A DNA stretch of 48,992 bases from Spirosomataceae bacterium. GTDB lineage: Bacteria; Bacteroidota; Bacteroidia; Cytophagales; Spirosomataceae. Under the pieces are notes generated by a model. That model saw only the letters and a program-made list of their open reading frames with translations. It made no database searches and was not told the origin of the DNA. Location: assembly GCA_022702045.1 (NCBI GenBank), contig JAKONH010000477.1:1-48992 (forward strand), given 5' to 3'. Each line of letters begins with the position of its first letter. Position 1 is the first letter of the stretch. The position numbers were made by a program, and so were the translations under genes. Shown here in pieces: positions 1 through 9,157 of this stretch.

Positions 1-1
1 G

Positions 2-169
2 GACATTCACGCGGTGCGGGCGCGGGTGCAGGATCAGTTAGCGCGACTGCACCCCGGTGTCCGGCGCTTCGTCAATCCGCACACTTATCCCGTCGGACTG
101 GAAAACGGGTTGCATGAGTTGAAAACAGAGCTGATTTTGAAACTACGCGGCACCCGCGACGCCGACTAA
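2..169 (+). CDS. pncB: Probable nicotinate phosphoribosyltransferase, C-terminal fragment (5' truncated by window edge)
   Basis: Frame 2 is open from the window start to TAA at 167-169 and reads DIHAVRARVQDQLARLHPGVRRFVNPHTYPVGLENGLHELKTELILKLRGTRDAD. The R-x-x-NPH-x-YPV-x-L motif resembles the NAPRTase C-terminus. Not in the supplied ORF track. Confidence 0.7.
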   Translation, partial: DIHAVRARVQDQLARLHPGVRRFVNPHTYPVGLENGLHELKTELILKLRGTRDAD

Positions 170-287
170 CGTTATCGATTTCAATTACCGCTGTGTTATC
201 GACGTCAGGCAGACTTGACAATTTATTTACAAGTAGCCACTGGGGCAGTAATCTATTTTTGTGGGTTGGTGTAGCCCAGACGCCGTT

Positions 288-343
288 GTGCAGCCTGGAC
301 CGGTCCGCGCCACAGTGGCCGCCGGCGCGGGTCCAGGTTACAC
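288..343. repeat. REP-like palindromic element, copy 1
   Basis: 56-bp imperfect palindrome whose reverse complement matches 42159..42214 at 49/56 positions by manual alignment. Confidence 0.85.
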
Positions 344-395
344 AGCGACAACCTACCGTCTGGAATACACTAAACATTCCCTCTTCTGACCTACT

Positions 396-1640
396 ATGAA
401 AAACTACGTATTGCTCCTTAGTACGTTGCTGCTGACTACGCCTGTTTTGTGGGCGCAGGCGCGGGTGAAGAAAGTCCTCTTCGTTATCGTCGATGGAATT
501 CCGTCCGACGTGATTGAAACGGCGAACGTGCCCAACCTGCGGGCTATTTCGAAAGCCGGAACGTACCAGCGAATGCACGTCGGGGGCGACAAGGGGACCT
601 ATTCGCAGACACCGACCATCTCGGCCGTTGGCTATAACAGCCTGTTGACGGGGACGTGGGTGAACAAACACAACGTCTGGGACAATAACATCAAAGCGCC
701 CAATTACCACTACCCAACAATTTTCCGCCTGTTCAAGGATCAGTTTCCGAACCGAAAAACGGCCATCTTCTCCAGTTGGCTCGATAACCGGACCAAGCTG
801 ATTGGAGAGGGGCTTCCGCAAACCAACGCCGTCAAAACTGACTATCATTTCGATGGGTATGAGCTCGATACGGTCCAGTTTCCGCACGATACAGCACGCG
901 ATTTCATGCACCGAATCGACGAGCGCGTCGTCGATGAAGCAGTCAGGACACTGGGGCAGCAGGCACCCGATCTATCGTGGGTATACTTGGAATATACCGA
1001 CGATATGGGCCACATGTACGGCGACAGTACGCCGTATCTGAAGGCCGTCGAACAGATGGACGCGCAGATGGGACGGCTATGGCACGTCGTTCAGCAGCGG
1101 CAGAAACAGCACAATGAAGACTGGCTCCTGCTCATCACGACCGATCACGGGCGCGACGAACAAACCGGCAAAAGTCACGGCGGACAGTCGGCACGGCAGC
1201 GGGCTACGTGGCTGGTGAGTAATCTGACAACCCCCAATGCCTACGCCCGCTACGATCAGCCCGGCATTGTTGACCTGATGCCGACGATGGCCCGCTTTTT
1301 GGGAATGCCGCTCCCGACCAGCGTGCAACGCGAAGTCGATGGCATACCGCTGATTGGTCCTGTATCGGTCGCGCAACCGGACGCTATTTTTTCGCAAGAC
1401 CGGCTCATCATCGACTGGCAGGCGTTAGAATCATCGGGCAACGTAACCGTCTGGTTAGCAACCACCAACGCTGCTGAAACGGGTGGGGCCGATACGTATC
1501 AGCGAATGGCCGAGGTACCGCTAACACAACGACATGCGATCATCGACGTGTCGAAAATGCCATCGTCCCTGTACAAGATTGCACTGGAAGGACCGCACAA
1601 CACAGTAAACCGGTGGGTTGTGCGGTCTAAAAAGCCATAG
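396..1640 (+). CDS. Secreted alkaline phosphatase superfamily protein (type I phosphodiesterase/nucleotide pyrophosphatase-like)
   Basis: Signal peptide ending LWA-Q; metal-site motifs VIVDGI, PTIS (nucleophile region), TDDMGH, TTDHG and HGG. Confidence 0.85.
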   Translation: MKNYVLLLSTLLLTTPVLWAQARVKKVLFVIVDGIPSDVIETANVPNLRAISKAGTYQRMHVGGDKGTYSQTPTISAVGYNSLLTGTWVNKHNVWDNNIKAPNYHYPTIFRLFKDQFPNRKTAIFSSWLDNRTKLIGEGLPQTNAVKTDYHFDGYELDTVQFPHDTARDFMHRIDERVVDEAVRTLGQQAPDLSWVYLEYTDDMGHMYGDSTPYLKAVEQMDAQMGRLWHVVQQRQKQHNEDWLLLITTDHGRDEQTGKSHGGQSARQRATWLVSNLTTPNAYARYDQPGIVDLMPTMARFLGMPLPTSVQREVDGIPLIGPVSVAQPDAIFSQDRLIIDWQALESSGNVTVWLATTNAAETGGADTYQRMAEVPLTQRHAIIDVSKMPSSLYKIALEGPHNTVNRWVVRSKKP

Positions 1641-1675
1641 CCCGGTCATCGTTCTGCACGAATGAAGCCGGGCTA
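1638..1675. terminator. Imperfect hairpin after AP-family gene (terminator or REP-like)
   Basis: TAGCCCGG...CCGGGCTA arms with partial internal pairing, overlapping the stop codon; no clear U tract. Confidence 0.4.
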
Positions 1676-1823
1676 CAGTGAGTCAAGTGGTATGGATAGA
1701 AGCGATCGGTATCAACCAATAGCGATCGAGGATGGCCGATTAACGGCCACATTAGTAAATCAAAGCAGGCCAAAGTTTCGGTTCCAGTCAACCAAGTCGT
1801 GGTCAAACCAGGTATTTTTCTTG

Positions 1824-1885
1824 TCAGTAGGCCGATTTTTCTTGTGAACGGGGCTGAGGGAAACTACTGGTAGTCACTAGCTTTG
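1824..1885 (+). promoter_or_regulatory. Putative LytTR operator plus Bacteroidota -7 promoter element
   Basis: ATTTTTCTTGT at 1824-1834 and 1845-1855 (21-bp period), then TAGCTTTG (TAnnTTTG) at 1878-1885, upstream of a kinase-LytTR operon. Confidence 0.65.
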
Positions 1886-1908
1886 TAGACTACTCCACAT
1901 CGTTGACC

Positions 1909-3699
1909 ATGAATCGCCCGGCTGTTTATACAGGGTTGCTGCTGTGCTGGCTACTGGCTGCAGAACAAAGCACAGGGCAGGTGCGCCGGCACCTGCGGGT
2001 AAATGCGGAGCGACTAGCAAAGGCGCAGGCGGTGGAGCGGCAGGCCATGGCGCAGCATAATCCGGTCAGCCTGGCCGAAGCGTACTACCAGTACGGCCGC
2101 ACCTACATCTTCGCCGGCGATTACAAAACGTCGCAGGGGTATTTTCTCCGCGCACTGCGCCTACTCGACCCGCTTGGTCCCTCTGCCGACCTGTCACGCA
2201 TCTACGTGCGGCTCAGTGAAAACGAAAGTCGGCTGGGGCGTCAGGCCGACGCGCTGCGGTACGCCCGACTAGCCTTGTCGATTGCGCAGCGTATCCATCA
2301 GCCGCGTGCGCTGGTACTGGCCTATGGGGTCGTCGGGCGCGTGAACGAAGCAATCTGGGAACAGCACCTGCCTGGCTACACGATCCACTACGACAGCGTC
2401 GAAACCTATTACCAGCGTAAGATGCCCATCTTTCGGGTGATGCGGGATACGCTGGGGATGGCCGAAACCTGGCTGGAACTGGGAACCTTGTTTACGAAGG
2501 TACGTGACCGACGGGCTATCCCGTATCTGACCGAAGCCCTTCGCCTGACCCGCCTGATCCACCGCGATCGATTAGTGCCGAATGTAATGCTGCACCTCGC
2601 TACAGCGTATCTGACAGCCGGCCAACCGCAATGGGCCTTTGACCTGCTACGTGCTGCCCGAGCCCTGTACATCGCCGATCAGTTCGATGACTACGACACC
2701 ATTCTGGGGCTGGAAAATGAATTTGTCCGGTATTATCGGGCTACCGGGCAATGGAAGCAGGCGTTTATGCATCAGCAGGCAGCCTATCAACTGGAACGAA
2801 CCGAGATGCTGTCGGACCGGGAGGCCGCTATTGCCCGACTACACATCGAATACGAAACGCAGAAACGAGAGGCTGAGATTCGGGCGACAACTCATCAACT
2901 GGCGCTGCATGCGCAGAACTGGCAGACACAGCGCAAACTGACAGGGCTAACGTTGGCCCTGCTGGTGCTGTCGATTGGGGTAGGTGGGGCGTTTTTCTGG
3001 CTGGCCCGCAAAAACAAACGCATCAGCCGACGCAACGAAGAGCTTGTAAAAGAGCAGAATCACCGGGTTAAGAATAACATGCAGGTCGTGGCAAGCCTGC
3101 TCCTGATGCAGGCTAACCGGCTGACCGATCAGACGGCAAAGCAGGCGGTGGAAGAAAGTCGGCTGCGGGTACAGGCGATGGCGATTCTGCACCAGCGGCT
3201 TTATGACGGCGATCAGTTGGCCCGCGTCGACCTGCCCGACTTTATTCGACAACTGGCCTTTGGGGTGTTGAGTGCCTATGGGTTCAACCAGGTGCAGACA
3301 ACGATCCGCGTCGATCCGATCATGCTGGCGGCCGAGCAGGCCACGCCGGTAGGGCTAATTATCAACGAAGTGCTGACCAATGCCTGCAAACACGCCTTTC
3401 CATATACAGAGCAAGCCGCCCTGCAACTCGACTGCCACCAACACAACCGCTGGGTTCACATCCGCATCCAGGATAATGGTCCCGGACTGGATGGTCCCGA
3501 ACTGGATGGTCCCGGACTGGATGCTACTGTTAAGAACAATGGTAAATCCGTCGCGTCTGCGTCTGGAGCGATGAACGTACGACCCCGTCGCTCGTTTGGG
3601 CGTCAGCTGATCGAGTCGTTAACGGAGCAACTTTATGGTACCTGCCGGTTCTGGTCAGAACAGGGAAGTGTATTTGTACTGGAATTTCCCATTGACTAA
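1909..3699 (+). CDS. TPR-containing membrane sensor histidine kinase (HisKA_2/HWE-type)
   Basis: Signal-like N-terminus, TPR-like helices, one TM (LTGLTLALLVLSIGVGGAFFWL), H-box EQNHRVKNNMQ, N-box NEVLTNACKHA, G1 DNGPG. ATG 1909 preferred over TTG 1903. Confidence 0.9.
   Translation: MNRPAVYTGLLLCWLLAAEQSTGQVRRHLRVNAERLAKAQAVERQAMAQHNPVSLAEAYYQYGRTYIFAGDYKTSQGYFLRALRLLDPLGPSADLSRIYVRLSENESRLGRQADALRYARLALSIAQRIHQPRALVLAYGVVGRVNEAIWEQHLPGYTIHYDSVETYYQRKMPIFRVMRDTLGMAETWLELGTLFTKVRDRRAIPYLTEALRLTRLIHRDRLVPNVMLHLATAYLTAGQPQWAFDLLRAARALYIADQFDDYDTILGLENEFVRYYRATGQWKQAFMHQQAAYQLERTEMLSDREAAIARLHIEYETQKREAEIRATTHQLALHAQNWQTQRKLTGLTLALLVLSIGVGGAFFWLARKNKRISRRNEELVKEQNHRVKNNMQVVASLLLMQANRLTDQTAKQAVEESRLRVQAMAILHQRLYDGDQLARVDLPDFIRQLAFGVLSAYGFNQVQTTIRVDPIMLAAEQATPVGLIINEVLTNACKHAFPYTEQAALQLDCHQHNRWVHIRIQDNGPGLDGPELDGPGLDATVKNNGKSVASASGAMNVRPRRSFGRQLIESLTEQLYGTCRFWSEQGSVFVLEFPID
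3476..3523 (+). repeat. In-frame 15-bp tandem repeat x3
   Basis: ATGGTCCCGGACTGG / ATGGTCCCGAACTGG / ATGGTCCCGGACTGG, encoding NGPGLDGPELDGPGLD. Confidence 0.9.
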
Positions 3700-3711
3700 C
3701 CTGTTGATACG

Positions 3712-4437
3712 ATGACGATACTGATTATTGAAGACGAAGCCATTACGGCAATGGCCATGCGGGAAACGCTGGAAGCCGCCGGACATCAGGTGCTGGCCGT
3801 GACCCGTACATACGAACAGGTGCAGGACGTATTACAAAAGCAACTGCCTGATCTGGCCATCGTTGATATTCACCTGGATCGATCGACGACCGATGGAATA
3901 ACGATTGCCCGCGAAATTACGACCCACTACCTGATTCCCATTGTCTACCTGACGGCTCATTCAGAGCTGCAAACGTACCAGGCGACGAGAGACACGCATC
4001 CGGCAGCGTACCTGCTCAAACCGTTTGAACCAACAGAACTGGTAATGCAGATCGAGACTGCTTACGAGCGGTTTCAGGCGGGGCGGGTACGTCGTTCCGA
4101 TAATGAATCGCCCCTGCTGCTGCCGGTTGTAAAGGGCCACCGAAAGATCGATCCCGGCAAAATTCTGTACGTTATGGCGGCTGGCGCTCACACCAATGTT
4201 TACATGCTCGACCAGGAAAAGCCTTATTTCACCAGTGTTTCCCTGGGGCGGCTCGAACAGTATCTGATGACGCCTAATTTCTACCGACTGTCGCGATCAT
4301 TGCTGATCAATCTCGACCATCTGGAACGGCTCGAACAGCATCACCTCTACATGGTTACCCATACCAAACCGCTGGACATATCGGAAGCGAAACGACAGGA
4401 ATTGCTTCGGCAGATGACTGTTGTCCGGACGAAGTGA
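3712..4437 (+). CDS. LytTR family response regulator
   Basis: REC motifs IIEDE, VDI, YLTA and KPF; C-terminal LytTR-like FYRLSRSLLINL; 12 bp downstream of the kinase. Confidence 0.9.
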   Translation: MTILIIEDEAITAMAMRETLEAAGHQVLAVTRTYEQVQDVLQKQLPDLAIVDIHLDRSTTDGITIAREITTHYLIPIVYLTAHSELQTYQATRDTHPAAYLLKPFEPTELVMQIETAYERFQAGRVRRSDNESPLLLPVVKGHRKIDPGKILYVMAAGAHTNVYMLDQEKPYFTSVSLGRLEQYLMTPNFYRLSRSLLINLDHLERLEQHHLYMVTHTKPLDISEAKRQELLRQMTVVRTK

Positions 4438-4542
4438 ATTCCTGCCAACCGGTGATCACTCTTTTTGATTTCTTAATACGCTGTGCCGGCATCGTAACCG
4501 ATCTTTCCGTTGCTTTGCCAGCTATAAACGAATTCTGATTAC

Positions 4543-5253
4543 ATGAGCGCTATTCAGCTGGTTGTTTTCGACATGGCCGGTACGACCGTTACCGATCACC
4601 ACGAAGTTGAGCGATGTTTTGCCGAAGCGGCTGCCCAAACCGGCCTGACCGTTTCCGACGAACGGATTCTGGCGATGCAGGGCCTGTCGAAACGGCACGT
4701 ATTCGAGACGCTCTGGAAAGAACAACTGGGCGCCGATAGTCCTGAAGTGCCGACCCATGTTGACGTGTCGTACGACGTATTTCGGGATGTGCTGGAGGCC
4801 CACTACCGGAGGCAGGGCGCAACGCCGACAGAAGGTTGTCTGGAAACATTTGCGACTCTGCACGAGCGCGGTATCAAAATCGCCCTGACGACGGGTTTCT
4901 ATCGCGTCGTGACCGACATCATTCTGGAGAAGCTAGGCTGGCTCGACGGCTTGAACGAACAGCGGATTGGTACGGGCGACAGTCTGATTCACCTGTCGAT
5001 TGCCAGTGATGAGGTGGTGCAGGGGCGTCCGCAACCATTGATGATTCAGCGCGCCATGCAACTGCTTAACGTAATTGACCCGAAGCAGGTCGTGAACATT
5101 GGCGATACGCCCTCTGACCTATTGTCGGGGCAGGCGGCTGGTGTCGCCCTGAACCTCGGCCTGACCAACGGCACCCATACCCGTTCCCAACTTGAAGCCT
5201 ACCCACACGACAAACTGCTTGGCTCACTACGGGAGCTGCCAGCACTTTTGTAG
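4543..5253 (+). CDS. Phosphonatase-like HAD hydrolase (PhnX-like)
   Basis: Motif I FDMAGT (Ala at Asp+2, as in phosphonoacetaldehyde hydrolases), cap MQGLSK with candidate Schiff-base Lys50, TTG, GRPQP (Arg in motif III), GDTPSD. Confidence 0.85.
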   Translation: MSAIQLVVFDMAGTTVTDHHEVERCFAEAAAQTGLTVSDERILAMQGLSKRHVFETLWKEQLGADSPEVPTHVDVSYDVFRDVLEAHYRRQGATPTEGCLETFATLHERGIKIALTTGFYRVVTDIILEKLGWLDGLNEQRIGTGDSLIHLSIASDEVVQGRPQPLMIQRAMQLLNVIDPKQVVNIGDTPSDLLSGQAAGVALNLGLTNGTHTRSQLEAYPHDKLLGSLRELPALL

Positions 5254-5279
5254 CTCAGCAGTGTAGTCTAGATCGCTAG

Positions 5280-5346
5280 GTCTGGTAGCCGCGATAGCGG
5301 CTAAAAAAGCATCCGCCTGAAGTAGTTAGCCTGACAGCTACCAGAC
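5280..5346. repeat. Nested inverted repeat (REP-like)
   Basis: GTCTGGTAGC (5280-5289) pairs with GCTACCAGAC (5337-5346); inner hairpin TAGCCGC-GATA-GCGGCTA followed by an A run. Confidence 0.6.
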
Positions 5347-5392
5347 GTGGCCGCCACCATAAACTGAATACCGAAAATCATTTTTCGAATTT

Positions 5393-6538
5393 ATGCCTGC
5401 TTACGATCTGATAGTTATTGGTGCCGGAGTCCTCGGTACGTTCCATGCTTACCACGCAGCTAAAGCCGGGAAACGAGTGCTGCTGCTGGAAAAAGACCGC
5501 TATCCGGTCGGGGCTACCGTACGAAATTTCGGTCAGGTCGTACCGTCGGGACTGGCGGGGCGGTGGTTCGACTATGGCCGGCGAAGTCTAGAACTATACT
5601 GTGAGATTCAGCAACAAACAGACATTACTATTCGGCAAAACGGTACGGTTTACGTAGCCTCGGAACCGAGCGAATGGCAGGTCACTAATGAATTGCACGA
5701 CCGCTACAATGGCATCGGTTACCAAAGCGAACTGTTATCAAAGGAACAGGTGCTGGCGAAGTGGCCAGGGCTGCGTCCCGACTATGTGTACGGCGGCCTG
5801 TTTTTCCCCGACGAACTAAGCGTCGAGCCGGAGCAGATGATTCATCGACTGATCGGCTTTGTACAGGAAAACCTTGCCGTCGACTACCGACCCGGTTCCG
5901 TCGTAATCGGCTGCGAGCCGGTCGGCGATCATGTACGAGTGATGCTGGCAAACGGGCAGCCGGTCGAGGGCGGGCGTGTGCTGTTGTGCGGTGGTCACGA
6001 AGTCCGACTGCTCTTTCCTGATGTGCTGGCGCAGGCTGGCCTGGTTGTCAGCAAGCTTCAGATGTTGCTAGCCGAACCTGTTGCCGGACTGGCGTTGCCC
6101 GGCAACATCCTGACGGGGCTGACGATTCGTCGCTACGAAGCATTTCAGGAATGTCCATCATACAAGCAACTGACGCCTGTTTCGTCTGAACTGGCTGAGT
6201 TGCAGAAATGGGGTATCCACATCCTGTTCAAGCAGGCGACTGACGGCTCGATTATCGTCGGCGATTCGCATGAATACGCAGCCGCTACTGCGCAGGAAGA
6301 CCTCGGCTACCATACGCAGGATTACATCAATAACCTGATGCTGACCGAAGCCCGCCGTATCGCTAGCTTCCCGCTGACGGTTCGCAAGGCGTGGGCTGGT
6401 TTTTATAGTCAGACACCCGCTGAAATCTTCGAACACGACGTTACGCCAAACATTCGCATCCTAACCGGCATCGGGGGTAAAGGCATGAGTTCCAGCGCAG
6501 GCTATGCCGAAGAAACTATTCGTCAATGGGTTGTCTAA
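5393..6538 (+). CDS. FAD-dependent oxidoreductase, D-amino-acid-oxidase family, phosphonate-cluster-associated (TIGR03364-like)
   Basis: GAGVLG Rossmann motif, GATVRNFGQ, IVGDSHEY and C-terminal GIGGKGMS; directly follows the phosphonatase-like gene. Confidence 0.85.
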   Translation: MPAYDLIVIGAGVLGTFHAYHAAKAGKRVLLLEKDRYPVGATVRNFGQVVPSGLAGRWFDYGRRSLELYCEIQQQTDITIRQNGTVYVASEPSEWQVTNELHDRYNGIGYQSELLSKEQVLAKWPGLRPDYVYGGLFFPDELSVEPEQMIHRLIGFVQENLAVDYRPGSVVIGCEPVGDHVRVMLANGQPVEGGRVLLCGGHEVRLLFPDVLAQAGLVVSKLQMLLAEPVAGLALPGNILTGLTIRRYEAFQECPSYKQLTPVSSELAELQKWGIHILFKQATDGSIIVGDSHEYAAATAQEDLGYHTQDYINNLMLTEARRIASFPLTVRKAWAGFYSQTPAEIFEHDVTPNIRILTGIGGKGMSSSAGYAEETIRQWVV

Positions 6539-6558
6539 GACAACTCACCACCTGCTGG

Positions 6559-7554
6559 CTACGTTGCTGACGTAGTTGCCGTTCGCGTAAGCCGTTCCCA
6601 GTTGCCGTGCGCGAACAGGGCCTTCTGTTCATCTGGCACCGCTGCCTGCTCCAGAAAGGAGCGAGCCTGGCGGCCCGGCCGGTATTGATACGGATAATCG
6701 GTCGAGAACAAAATTCGCTCCGGGCCGACGATCTCCAGGGAGCGCTGCAAGTACGCCTGACTCCACATGCCACTGGCCGTGACATACAGGTTCTGACGGA
6801 AATAATCGGCGATGGGTCGTTGCAGGTTAGCGACGTGCCCAAGCGCATTCATTCGTTCCAAATAAAAGAGAACGACCTCGCCCCAGTGGCCAAGAATCAA
6901 CTGAAGTGTGGGAAGTTTATCGAAGACACCGGCCACGACCAGACGAACAAACTGAATACCCGCTTCGTAATGCCAGCCCAGTCCAAACGTGGCAAAAGCT
7001 GTATCGACAGTGTCGCTATAGCCTGAATAATACACATCCCGGACGGCGCGCTGGGGAATTTGCGGGTGAATGAATACCGGTACTCTTAGCCTGGCGGCTG
7101 TTTCAAACATGGGTAGAAAGTCAGGATGGTCCAGGTTCTTCTCGCGGGTACGTCCGCACAGCATGGCACCTACCAGGCCGAGCTGGTTTACGCATCGTTC
7201 CAGCTCGGAAGAAACATGAGCTGGTGACGCTGTGGGCAGCGTAGCAAAGCCCTGAAAGCGCGTGGGGTGCTGCGCGATCGTCGCGGCTACGAAATCGTTG
7301 GTCTGCCGGGCTAATGCTATACTCTGTTCCGGTTCAAGGTTATGCAGAGCAGGTGTCGTTACCGACAGTACCTGCACGTCGACTCCGGCTTCGTCCATGA
7401 GCGCCAGCCGTTGCGCGCCCAAATCCGCGAGCCGTTCGTCGATGATGCCCTGATCCAGTCGGTCGGTACCTTCCTGACCGATGGCGGACGTGGCCCAGGC
7501 CGAACGAATGTCGCTCGTCAGAAAATGCTCTTCAATGGCAATCAGCTTAGTCAT
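6559..7554 (-). CDS. Amidohydrolase_2 family protein (non-oxidative aromatic acid decarboxylase-like)
   Basis: IAIEEHF, MDEAGVDVQVLS, FIHP, LGHWGE and FSTDYP motifs. Confidence 0.85.
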   Translation of the reverse strand: MTKLIAIEEHFLTSDIRSAWATSAIGQEGTDRLDQGIIDERLADLGAQRLALMDEAGVDVQVLSVTTPALHNLEPEQSIALARQTNDFVAATIAQHPTRFQGFATLPTASPAHVSSELERCVNQLGLVGAMLCGRTREKNLDHPDFLPMFETAARLRVPVFIHPQIPQRAVRDVYYSGYSDTVDTAFATFGLGWHYEAGIQFVRLVVAGVFDKLPTLQLILGHWGEVVLFYLERMNALGHVANLQRPIADYFRQNLYVTASGMWSQAYLQRSLEIVGPERILFSTDYPYQYRPGRQARSFLEQAAVPDEQKALFAHGNWERLTRTATTSAT

Positions 7555-7659
7555 GATCTTTGCCGGATTCGCTGGGTAAGGTTCTGCGTTTTAACCCGCG
7601 AATTGATGTGTTGTTCACGTTAATTCGAGCTGGTTAGCATGCGCCACCTGTAGGCTACA

Positions 7660-8979
7660 TTAGGGATTGACGGTCGGAGCGGCTGGGAATGCCTGATAGA
7701 CTAATTTGTCTACCGTTTTCAACTGTACATGGCGTATGGCGCCTGTTCCCTGAAAAGCGTAGCCAAGACCGATTAGCCGTGACGCTTTGGCAGGAGCGGG
7801 GGCCTGATACGCTAACTGGCCATTAACGTAAAACTGAACGTGTTTTTTATGGCCCCGGCAGCGAATCGTCACCCACTTCGTGAAGTCGACGCCGAAGGCC
7901 GATAAATCGGCTTTTTTACCGGATACCTGCCGGTCGATACTCAGCAGCATCAGCTCGGATACACAGCCCTTGCTCGACAGGGGGATCAGGATGGCGCTGC
8001 CTTCGAGTATCAGCGCCACCTGTGTCAACTGGCAAACAGCCGATCCGGCGCTATACTCGTTCCGAACCTGCGTAGTAAAGTCAAAGTCGTCGGTTCTGAC
8101 TGGGTCGAAATTGCCCACATTGTAGTAATGTACCTGTGGCGGCTGCGGTTGTAAGGGGATGTGATGCGCCTGAATGATGGGCAGCGGTACCTGCATGACC
8201 GAATCCGAAATAACACCCTGGCTGGGTAAATAAACGGGTACTGGCTTCTGGTTGATCAGGGCTAGCCAGCCTGACGTTGGAATGAGCAGATCGTGTTCGC
8301 TCACCACGCGCCCGTCGACAAGCAATTTCGCCTGGAAAAAGCCCGGAAAGTAATAGATCGATGTCGCCTGATGCTGATTTCGCCGGATCGGAAAGCGCAG
8401 ACGCGTATCCCAGGATTGCTGAACGGCGAGACAGTCGGTCTGGGCCTGCGACACATCGAAGGTAAACACAACCGAATTGGGGATACCTTTCGTTACCGGG
8501 CGGCTGCTGAATGCGTACGTGGGTGAAGCGGGCAAGCTGTTGGGAGCGTCCGGACGTAGTGAAAAGGCAATGAGCAGCGATAGAAACAAACCTGTAAGCA
8601 GGCCAACACCCCAGGCCCCTCGCTGAGGAAGCGACCGATTTGCGGGCGCAGCTACGGGCTGGGGCGTAGCGGCTGGTTCGGCAGGCGTCGGAACGGACTG
8701 AGTGACTTGTCGATGGGCGGCTTCAAAATCCCGGAAGCTCGGGTAGCCAATAAAATTCGCCAGCGCATTCAGGGTGGCCGCCTGTGGGGAACTGGTGTAG
8801 GGCACTTTTCCCCAAAGCCGTTTTAGTGTGCTGACGCTCAAGCTAATCCCCGTTTCGGAAAAGACCCTGTCGCTGAGGGTTTCGAAGTCGACATTCGTCC
8901 AGTGCTGGCTGCTGCCCCAGCCAAGTTTAATCTCCACGGCTTGTCGGCATTGCAGTAGACTCGATTCATCGACCTTCAT
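7660..8979 (-). CDS. Hypothetical single-pass membrane protein with N-terminal helical (HTH-like) domain and C-terminal beta-rich domain
   Basis: N-terminal ~90 aa containing DFETLSDRVFSETGISLSVSTLKRLWG...TLNALANFIGY, a Pro/Ala linker, one TM (WGVGLLTGLFLSLLIAFSL) and ~300 aa of beta-rich sequence. Confidence 0.7.
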   Translation of the reverse strand: MKVDESSLLQCRQAVEIKLGWGSSQHWTNVDFETLSDRVFSETGISLSVSTLKRLWGKVPYTSSPQAATLNALANFIGYPSFRDFEAAHRQVTQSVPTPAEPAATPQPVAAPANRSLPQRGAWGVGLLTGLFLSLLIAFSLRPDAPNSLPASPTYAFSSRPVTKGIPNSVVFTFDVSQAQTDCLAVQQSWDTRLRFPIRRNQHQATSIYYFPGFFQAKLLVDGRVVSEHDLLIPTSGWLALINQKPVPVYLPSQGVISDSVMQVPLPIIQAHHIPLQPQPPQVHYYNVGNFDPVRTDDFDFTTQVRNEYSAGSAVCQLTQVALILEGSAILIPLSSKGCVSELMLLSIDRQVSGKKADLSAFGVDFTKWVTIRCRGHKKHVQFYVNGQLAYQAPAPAKASRLIGLGYAFQGTGAIRHVQLKTVDKLVYQAFPAAPTVNP

Positions 8980-9047
8980 CGCTCAACTGGTTTTGCGTAT
9001 AAGGCGAACCTACGATAAAAAAGCTGGATAGTTCCCCTGCATGGTCG

Positions 9048-9076
9048 TTTGAACCCGGTTTGAGCTCGCTTTGAAC
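9048..9076 (+). promoter_or_regulatory. Triple direct repeat with 11-bp period, candidate operator
   Basis: TTTGAAC (9048), TTTGAGC (9059) and TTTGAAC (9070) in the divergent intergenic region; -7-like CAGCTTTG at 9110-9117. Confidence 0.6.
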
Positions 9077-9157
9077 AGGACGTGACCCTGTGTCTTTGTG
9101 GTATACCAGCAGCTTTGTTGCCGGATTCACTGTGCAACTTCAACCCTTTTCGATCCC

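Noticed and set aside
72-911. 279-aa minus-strand ORF
   Set aside because: Antisense shadow of the AP-family gene that also crosses a REP element; no recognisable motifs.
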